Shown: positions 55,330 to 64,000 of the stretch, one piece after another
Layout of the letters: the number at the start of each line of letters is the position of its first letter
Position numbering within the stretch: the stretch's first letter is position 1
Source of the DNA: Auanema rhodensis
Taxonomy: Eukaryota > Animalia > Nematoda
Direction of reading: 5' to 3'
Assembly (NCBI GenBank): GCA_964057225.1
Contig: OZ059896.1
Location: 1,550,001-1,614,000 of the forward strand
DNA: 64,000 nucleotides
The notes under the pieces: model-generated
What the model was told of the DNA's origin: nothing
Database searches by the model: none
What the model saw: the letters and a program-made list of their open reading frames with translations, nothing else
Made by a program: the position numbers and the translations under genes

Positions 55330-58300
55330 AAAAATTTTTGTCAAAATGTTTTTGGAAGCAATTTTGAGTGTACATGGAAACTCAACATACACTAATGCAT
55401 CATTTTTCAAACGATCATAACTAATTTTTGTATTAAACGTTTCTCAATGTAGTAAAGTGCATTCGATGCGGAATTGTAAGCTGCGTCGATCTGTACTAAC
55501 AGATTTGCGCTAGCTTGAAAATGCACCGAGATATCAACTGATATAAGTTCACACCTATATCCTCGATTTTCACCCTGAAGAATTAATTTTTTCGTTGAAT
55601 AACATTGTCTATCGTTTTTGCCTCGTAAAAAGGAATCTAAAAACATCTACTTTTCGCTAAATTATTGTGAAATTTTTCGAAAAAATTTTTGTCAAAATGT
55701 TTTTGGAAGCAATTTTGAGTGTACATGGAAACTCAACATACACTAATGCATCATTTTTCAAACGATCATAACTAATTTTTGTATTTAGCTTTTCTCAATG
55801 TAGTATAGTGCATTCGATGCGGATTTTTAAGCTGCGTAGATCTGTGTTATCAGATTTGCGCTAGCTTAAAAATGCACCGAGATATCAACTGATATAAGTT
55901 CACTTTTATATCCTCGATTTTCACCCTGAGGAATTAATTTTTTCGTTGAATAACATTGTCCATCGTTTTTGCCTTGAAAAAAGGAATCTAAAAACATCTA
56001 CTTTTTGCTAAATTATTTTGAAATTTTTCGAAAAAATTTTTGTCAAAATGTTTTTGGAAGCAATGTTGAGTGTACATGGAAACTCAACATACACTAATGC
56101 ATCATTTTTCAAACGATCATAACTAATTTTTGTATTAAGCTTTTCTCAAAGTAGTTTAGTGCATTCGATGCGGATTTTTAAGCTGCGTCGATCTGTGTTA
56201 TCAGATTTGCGCTAGCTTAAAAATGCACCGAGATATCAACTGATATAAGTTCACACTTATATCCTCGATTTTCACCCTGAAGAATTAATTTTTTCGTTGA
56301 ATAACATTGTCCATCGTTTTTGCCTTGAAAAAAGGAATCTAAAAACATCTACTTTTCGCTAAATTATTTTGAAATTTTTGGAAAAAATTTTTGTCAAAAT
56401 ATTTTTGGAAGCAATTTTGAGTGTACATGGAAACTCAACATACACTAATGCATCATTTTTCAAACGATCATAACTAATTTATGTATTTAGCTTTTCTCAA
56501 TGTAGTATAGTGCATTCGATGCGGATTTTTAAGCTGCGTAGATCTGTGTTATCAGATTTGCGCTAGCTTAAAAATGCACCGAGATATCAACTGATATAAG
56601 TTCACATTTATATCCTCGATTTTCACCCTGAAGAATTATTTTTTTCGTTGAATAACATTGTCCATCGTTTTTGCCTTGAAAAAAGGAATCTAAAAACATC
56701 TACTTTTTGCTAAATTATTTTGAAATTTTTCGAAAAAATTTTTGTCAAAATGTTTTTGGAAGCAATTTTGAGTGTACATGGAAACTCAACATACACTAAT
56801 GCATCATTTTTCAAACGATCATAACTAATTTTTGTATTGAGCGTTTCTCAATGTAGTATAGTGCATTCGATGCGGATTTGTAAGCTGCTTCGATCTGTAC
56901 TAACAGATTTGCGCTAGCTTGAAAATGCACCGAGATATCAACTGATATAAGTTCACACCTATATCCTCGATTTTCACCCTGAAGAATTAATTTTTTCGTT
57001 GAATAACATTGTCTATCGTTTTTGCCTCGAAAAAAGGAATCTAAAAACATCTACTTTTCGCTAAATTATTTTGAAATTTTTCGAAAAAATTTTTGTCAAA
57101 ATGTTTTTGGAAGCAATTTTGAGTGTACATGGAAACTCAACATACACTAATGCATCATTTTTCAAACGATCATAACTAATTTTTGTATTTAGCTTTTCTC
57201 AATGTAGTATAGTGCATTCGATGCGGATTTTTAAGCTGCGTAGATCTGTGTTATCAGATTTGCGCTAGCTTAAAAATGCACCGAGATATCAACTGATATA
57301 AGTTCACACTTATATCCTCGATTTTCACCCTGAGGAATTAATTTTTTCGTTGAATAACATTGTCCATCGTTTTTGCCTTGAAAAAAGGAATCTAAAAACA
57401 TCTACTTTTTGCTAAATTATTTTGAAATTTTTCGAAAAAATTTTTGTCAAAATGTTTTTGGAAGCAATGTTGAGTGTACATGGAAACTCAACATACACTA
57501 ATGCATCATTTTTCAAACGATCATAACTAATTTATGTATTTAGCTTTTTTCAATGTAGTATAGTGCATTCGATGCGGATTTTTAAGCTGCGTAGATCTGT
57601 GTTATCAGATTTGCGCTAGCTTAAAAATGCACCGAGATATCAACTGATATAAGTTCACACCTATATCCTCGATTTTCACCCTGAAGAATTAATTTTTTCG
57701 TTGAATAACATTGTCTATCGTTTTTGCCTCGAAAAAAGGAATCTAAAAACATCTACTTTTCGCTAAATTATTTTGAAATTTTTCGAAAAAATTTTTGTCA
57801 AAATGTTTTTGGAAGCAATTTTGAGTGTACATGGAAACTCAACATACACTAATGCATCATTTTTCAAACGATCATAACTAATTTTTGTATTTAGCTTTTC
57901 GCAATGTAGTATAGTGCATTCGATGCGGTTTTTTAAGCTGCGTAGATCTGTGTTATCAGATTTGCGCTAGCTTAAAAATGCACCTAGATATCATCTGATA
58001 TAAGTTCACACTTATATCCTCGATTTTCACCCTGAGGAATTAATTTTTTCGTTGAATAACATTGTCCATCTTTTTTGCCTTGAAAAAAGGAATCTAAAAA
58101 CATCTACTTTTTGCTAAATTATTTTGAAATTTTTCGAAAAAATTTTTGTCAAAATGTTTTTGGAAGCAATGTTGAGTGTACATGGAAACTCAACATACAC
58201 TAATGCATCATTTTTCAAACGATCATAACTAATTTTTGTATTAAGCGTTTCTCAATGTAGTAAAGTGCATTCGATGCGGAATTGTAAGCTGCGTCGATCT

Positions 58301-59640
58301 GTACTAACAGATTTGCGCTAGCTTGAAAATGCACCGAGATATCAACTGATATAAGTTCACACCTATATCCTCGATTTTCACCCTGAAGAATTAATTTTTT
58401 CGTTGAATAACATTGTCTATCGTTTTTGCCTCAAAAAAAGGAATCTAAAAACATCTACTTTTCGCTAAATTATTTTGAAATTTTTCGAAAAAATTTTTGT
58501 CAAAATGTTTTTGGAAGCAATTTTGAGTGTACATGGAAACTCAACATACACTAATGCATCATTTTTCAAACGATCATAACTAATTTTTGTATTTAGCTTT
58601 TCTCAATGTAGTATAGTGCATTCGATGCGGATTTTTAAGCTGCGTAGATCTGTGTTATCAGATTTGCGCTAGCTTAAAAATGCACCGAGATATCAACTGA
58701 TATAAGTTCACACTTATATCCTCGATTTTCACCCTGAGGAATTAATTTTTTCGTTGAATAACATTGTCCATCGTTTTTGCCTTGAAAAAAGGAATCTAAA
58801 AACATCTACTTTTTGCTAAATTATTTTGAAATTTTTCGAAAAAATTTTTGTCAAAATGTTTTTGGCAGCAATGTTGAGTGTACATGGAAACTCAACATAC
58901 ACTAATGCATCATTTTTCGAACGATCATAACTAATTTTTGTATTAAGCGTTTCTCAATGTAGTAAAGTGCATTCGATGCGGAATTGTAAGCTGCGTCGAT
59001 CTGTACTAACAGATTTGCGCTAGCTTGAAAATGCACCGAGATATCAACTGATATAAGTTCACACCTATATCCTCGATTTTCACCCTGAAGAATTAATTTT
59101 TTCGTTGAATAACATTGTCTATCGTTTTTGCCTCGAAAAAAGGAATCTAAAAACATCTACTTTTCGCTAAATTATTGTGAAATTTTTCGAAAAAATTTTT
59201 GTCAAAATGTTTTTGGAAGCAATTTTGAGTGTACATGGAAACTCAACATACACTAATGCATCATTTTTCAAACGATCATAACTAATTTTTGTATTTAGCT
59301 TTTCTCAATGTAGTATAGTGCATTCGATGCGGATTTTTAAGCTGCGTAGATCTGTGTTATCAGATTTGCGCTAGCTTAAAAATGCACCGAGATATCAACT
59401 GATATAAGTTCACTTTTATATCCTCGATTTTCACCCTGAGGAATTAATTTTTTCGTTGAATAACATTGTCCATCGTTTTTGCCTTGAAAAAAGGAATCTA
59501 AAAACATCTACTTTTTGCTAAATTATTTTGAAATTTTTCGAAAAAATTTTTGTCAAAATGTTTTTGGAAGCAATGTTGAGTGTACATGGAAACTCAACAT
59601 ACACTAATGCATCATTTTTCAAACGATCATAACTAATTTT
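55330..59640. repeat. SatB partial duplication at a 10-monomer offset (3510 bp)
   Basis: AATTATTGTGA 55660/59170 and CACTTTTATA 55901/59411 are 3510 bp apart, as are the ORF-track starts 55646/59156. Only about 2 monomers clearly match. Confidence 0.7.
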
Positions 59641-62600
59641 TGTATTAAGCGTTTCTCAATGTAGTATAGTGCATTCGATGCGGATTTTTAAGCTGCGTCG
59701 ATCTGTACTATCAGATTTGCGCTAGCTTGAAAATGCACCGAGATATCAACTGATATAAGTTCACACCTATATCCTCGATTTTCACCCTGAAGAATTAATT
59801 TTTTCGTTGAATAACATTGTCCATCGTTTTTGCCTTGAAAAAAGGAATCTAAAAACATCTACGTTTTGCTAAATTATTTTGAAATTTTTCGAAAAAATTT
59901 TTGTCAAAATGTTTTTGGAAGCAATGTTGAGTGTACATGGAAACTCAACATACACTAATGCATCATTTTTCAAACGATCATAACTAATTTTTGTATTTAG
60001 CTTTTCTCAATGTAGTATAGTGCATTCGATGCGGATTTTTAAGCTGCGTAGATCTGTGTTATCAGATTTGCGCTAGCTTAAAAATGCACCGAGATATCAA
60101 CTGATATAAGTTCACTTTTATATCCTCGATTTTCACCCTGAGGAATTAATTTTTTCGTTGAATAACATTGTCCATCGTTTTTGCCTTGAAAAAAGGAATC
60201 TAAAAACATCTACTTTTTGCTAAATTATTTTGAAATTTTTCGAAAAAATTTTTGTCAAAATGTTTTTGGAAGCAATGTTGAGTGTACATGGAAACTCAAC
60301 ATACACTAATGCATCATTTTTCAAACGATCATAACTAATTTTTGTATTTAGCTTTTCTCAATGTAGTATAGTGCATTCGATGCGGATTTTTAAGCTGCGT
60401 AGATCTGTGTTATCAGATTTGCGCTAGCTTAAAAATGCACCGAGATATCAACTGATATAAGTTCACTTTTATATCCTCGATTTTCACCCTGAGGAATTAA
60501 TTTTTTCGTTGAATAACATTGTCCATCGTTTTTGCCTTGAAAAAAGGAATCTAAAAACATCTACTTTTTGCTAAATTATTTTGAAATTTTTCGAAAAAAT
60601 TTTTGTCAAAATGTTTTTGGAAGCAATGTTGAGTGTACATGGAAACTCAACATACACTAATGCATCATTTTTCAAACGATCATAACTAATTTTTGTATTA
60701 AGCGTTTCTCAATGTAGTATAGTGCATTCGATGCGGATTTTTAAGCTGCGTCGATCTGTACTATCAGATTTGCGCTAGCTTGAAAATGCACCGAGATATC
60801 TACTGATATAAGTTCACACCTATATCCTCGATTTTCACCCTGAAGAATCAATTTTTTCGTTGAATAACATTGTCCATCGTTTTTGCCTTGAAAAAAGGAA
60901 TCTAAAAACATCTACTTTTTGCTAAATCATTTTGAAATTTCTCGAAAAAATTTTTGTCAAAATGTTTTTGGAAGCAATTTTGAGTGTACATGGAAACTCA
61001 ACATACACCAATGCATCATTTTTCAAACGATCATAACTAATTTTTGTATTAAGCGTTTCTCAATGTGATATAGTGCATTCGATGCTGATTTTTAAGCTGC
61101 GTCGATCTGTGTTATCAGATTTGCGCTAGCTTAAAAATGCACCGAGATATCAACTGATATAAGTTCACACTTATATCCTCGATTTTTACCCTGAAGAATT
61201 AATTTTTTCGTTGAATAACATTGTCCATCGTTTTTGCCTTGAAAAAAGGAATCTAAAAACATCTACTTTTTGCTAAATTATTTTGAAATTTTTCGAAAAA
61301 ATTTTTGTCACAATGTTTTTGGAAGCAATGTTGAGTGTACATGGAAACTCAACATACACTAATGCATCATTTTTCAAACGATCATAACTAATTTTTGTAT
61401 TAAGCTTTTCTCAATGTAGTTTAGTGCATTCGATGCGGATTTTTAAGCTGCGTAGATCTGTGTTATCAGATTTGCGCTAGCTTAAAAATGCACCGAGATA
61501 TCTACTGATATAAGTTCACACCTATATCCTCGATTTTCACCCTGAAGAATCAATTTTTTCGTTGAATAACATTGTCTATCGTTTTTGCCTTGAAAAAAAG
61601 AATCTAAAAACATCTACTTTTTGCTAAATTATTTTGAAATTTTTCGAAAAAATTTTTGTCAAAATGTTTTTGGAACCAATTTTGAGTGTACATGGAAACT
61701 CAACATACACTAATGCATCATTTTTCAAACGATCATAACTAATTTTTGTATTGAGCGTTTCTCAATGTAGTATAGTGCATTCGATGCGGATTTGTAAGCT
61801 GCTTCGATCTGTACTAACAGATTTGCGCTAGCTTGAAAATGCACCGAGATATCAACTGATATAAGTTCACACCTATATCCTCGATTTTTACCCTGAAGAA
61901 TTAATTTTTTCGTTGAATAACATTGTCTATCGTTTTTGCCTCGAAAAAAGGAATCTAAAAACATCTACTTTTCGCTAAATTATTTTGAAATTTTTCGAAA
62001 AAATTTTTGTCAAAATGTTTTTGGAAGCAATTTTGAGTGTACAAGGAAACTCAACATACACTAATGCATCATTTTTCAAACGATCATAACTAATTTTCGT
62101 ATTTAGCTTTTCTCAATGTAGTATAGTGCATTCGATGCGAATTTTTAAGCTGCGTATATCTGTGTTATCAGATTTGCGCTAGCTTAAAAATGCACCGAGA
62201 TATCAACTGATATAAGTTCACACTTATATCCTCGATTTTCACCCTGAGGAATTAATTTTTTCGTTGAATAACATTGTCCATCGTTCTTGCCTTGAAAAAA
62301 GGAATCTAAAAACATCTACTTTTTGCTAAATTATTTTGAAATTTTTCGAAAAAATTTTTGTCAAAATGTTTTTGGAAGCAATTTTGAGTGTACATGGAAA
62401 CTCAACATACACCAATGCATCATTTTTCAAACGATCATAACTAATTTTTGTATTAAGCGTTTCTCAATGTGATATAGTGCATTCGATGCTGATTTTTAAG
62501 CTGCGTCGATCTGTGTTATCAGATTTGCGCTAGCTTAAAAATGCACCGAGATATCAACTGATATAAGTTCACACTTATATCCTCGATTTTCACCCTGAAG

Positions 62601-64000
62601 AATTAATTTTTTCGTTGAATAACATTGTCCATCGTTTTTGCCTTGAAAAAAGGAATCTAAAAATATCTACGTTTTGCTAAATTATTTTGAAATTTTTCGA
62701 AAAAATTTTTGTCAAAATGTTTTTGGAAGCAATTTTGAGTGTACATGGAAACTCAACATACACTAATGCATCATTTTTCAAACGATCATAACTAATTTTT
62801 GTATTTAGCTTTTCTCAATGTAGTATAGTGCATTCGATGCGGATTTTTAAGCTGCGTAGATCTGTGTTATCAGATTTGCGCTAGCTTAAAAATGCACCGA
62901 GATATCAACTGATATAAGTTCACACTTATATCCTCGATTTTCACCCTGAGGAATTAATTTTTTCGTTGAATAACATTGTCCATCGTTTTTGCCTTGAAAA
63001 AAGGAATCTAAAAACATCTACTTTTTGCTAAATTATTTTGAAATTTTTCGAAAAAATTTTTGTCAAAATGTTTTTGGAAGCAATGTTGAGTGTACATGGA
63101 AACTCAACATACACTAATGCATCATTTTTCAAACGATCATAACTAATTTTTGTATTAAGCTTTTCTCAATGTAGTTTAGTGCATTCGATGCGGATTTTTA
63201 AGCTGCGTAGATCTGTGTTATCAGATTTGCGCTAGCTTAAAAATGCACCGAGATATCTACTGATATAAGTTCACACCTATATCCTCGATTTTCACCCTGA
63301 AGAATCAGTTTTTTCGTTGAATAACATTGTCCATCGTTTTTGCCTTGAAAAAAGGAATCTAAAAACATCTACTTTTCGCTAAATCATTTTGAAATTTCTC
63401 GAAAAAATTTTTGTCAAAATGTTTTTGGAAGCAATTTTGAGTGTACATGGAAACTCAACATACACTAATGCATCATTTTTCAAACGATCATAACTAATTT
63501 TTGTATTAAGCGTTTCTCAATGTGATATAGTGCATTCGATGCTGATTTTTAAGCTGCGTCGATCTGTGTTATCAGATTTGCGCTAGCTTAAAAATGCACC
63601 GAGATATCAACTGATATAAGTTCACACTTATATCCTCGATTTTCACCCTGAAGAATTAATTTTTTCGTTGAATAACATTGTCCATCGTTTTTGCCTTGAA
63701 AAAAGGAATCTAAAAATATCTACTTTTTGCTAAATTATTTTGAAATTTTTCGAAAAAATTTTTGTCAAAATGTTTTTGGAAGCAATTTTGAGTGTACATG
63801 GAAACTCAACATACACTAATGCATCATTTTTCAAACGATCATAACTAATTTTTGTATTTAGCTTTTCTCAATGTAGTATAGTGCATTCGATGCGGATTTT
63901 TAACCTGCGTCGATCTGTGTTATCAGATTTGCGCTAGCTTGAAAATGCACCGAGATATCAACTGATATAAGTTCACACCTATATCCTCGATTTTCACCCT

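Larger units (their letters stand above)
53233..64000. repeat. SatB: 351-bp tandem satellite array (30 full monomers plus partial, truncated by window end)
   Basis: GTCAAAATGTTTTTGGAAGC recurs at 53235, 53586, 53937, 54288, 54638 ... 63764. The span is 10529 = 30 x 351 - 1, explained by one 1-bp deletion near 54421. More monomer-to-monomer variation than SatA, with two intermixed subtypes. Confidence 0.99.

Noticed and set aside
55407-61964. Four near-identical 79-84 aa minus-strand ORFs (MFLDSF...)
   Set aside because: They are SatB subtype-2 monomers in which variants happen to remove stops. Most monomers are closed in this frame, there is no recognisable domain, and the similarity simply reflects the repeat.
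1-64000. CRISPR array
   Set aside because: There are no unique spacers. The whole unit repeats, and there are no cas genes.
1-64000. Canonical CENP-B box (NTTCGNNNNANNCGGGN)
   Set aside because: Neither consensus contains CGGG or CCCG. TTCGATGCGG in SatB is only a superficial resemblance.
1-64000. Assignment to a named satellite family or species; 5S rDNA, tRNA or telomeric repeats
   Set aside because: I do not recognise either sequence, and monomer length alone is not diagnostic. No 5S/tRNA structure or telomere motif is visible.
1-64000. Inversions or transposon insertions within the arrays
   Set aside because: Monomer phase is fully accounted for across both arrays (302 x 176 with net zero indel; 30 x 351 - 1), and I saw no foreign or reversed sequence.

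Overview
The window is entirely non-coding, AT-rich tandem satellite DNA, almost certainly eukaryotic (peri)centromeric or heterochromatic. I see no genes, RNA genes, transposons or CRISPR arrays. Two families abut head-to-tail with no spacer. SatA (1-53233) has a 176-bp monomer, about 32% GC, with 302 full copies plus an 81-bp partial. SatB (53233-64000, running off the end) has a 351-bp monomer with 30 full copies plus a partial. SatA is built from nested, locally restricted higher-order duplications (2-, 3-, 5-, 7-, 9-, 10-, 13-, 14-, 15-, 23/24- and 29-mers) traceable with private SNPs and indels. Each SatA monomer carries two CACGTG E-boxes, a third degenerate ACGTGA at 32-33 bp spacing, and several dyads. 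Each SatB monomer carries a 51-nt, about 22-bp-stem quasi-palindrome plus several smaller hairpins. All five ORFs in the supplied track are chance stop-loss variants of the satellite monomers. I do not recognise the organism or the satellite families, and all counts were made by eye.
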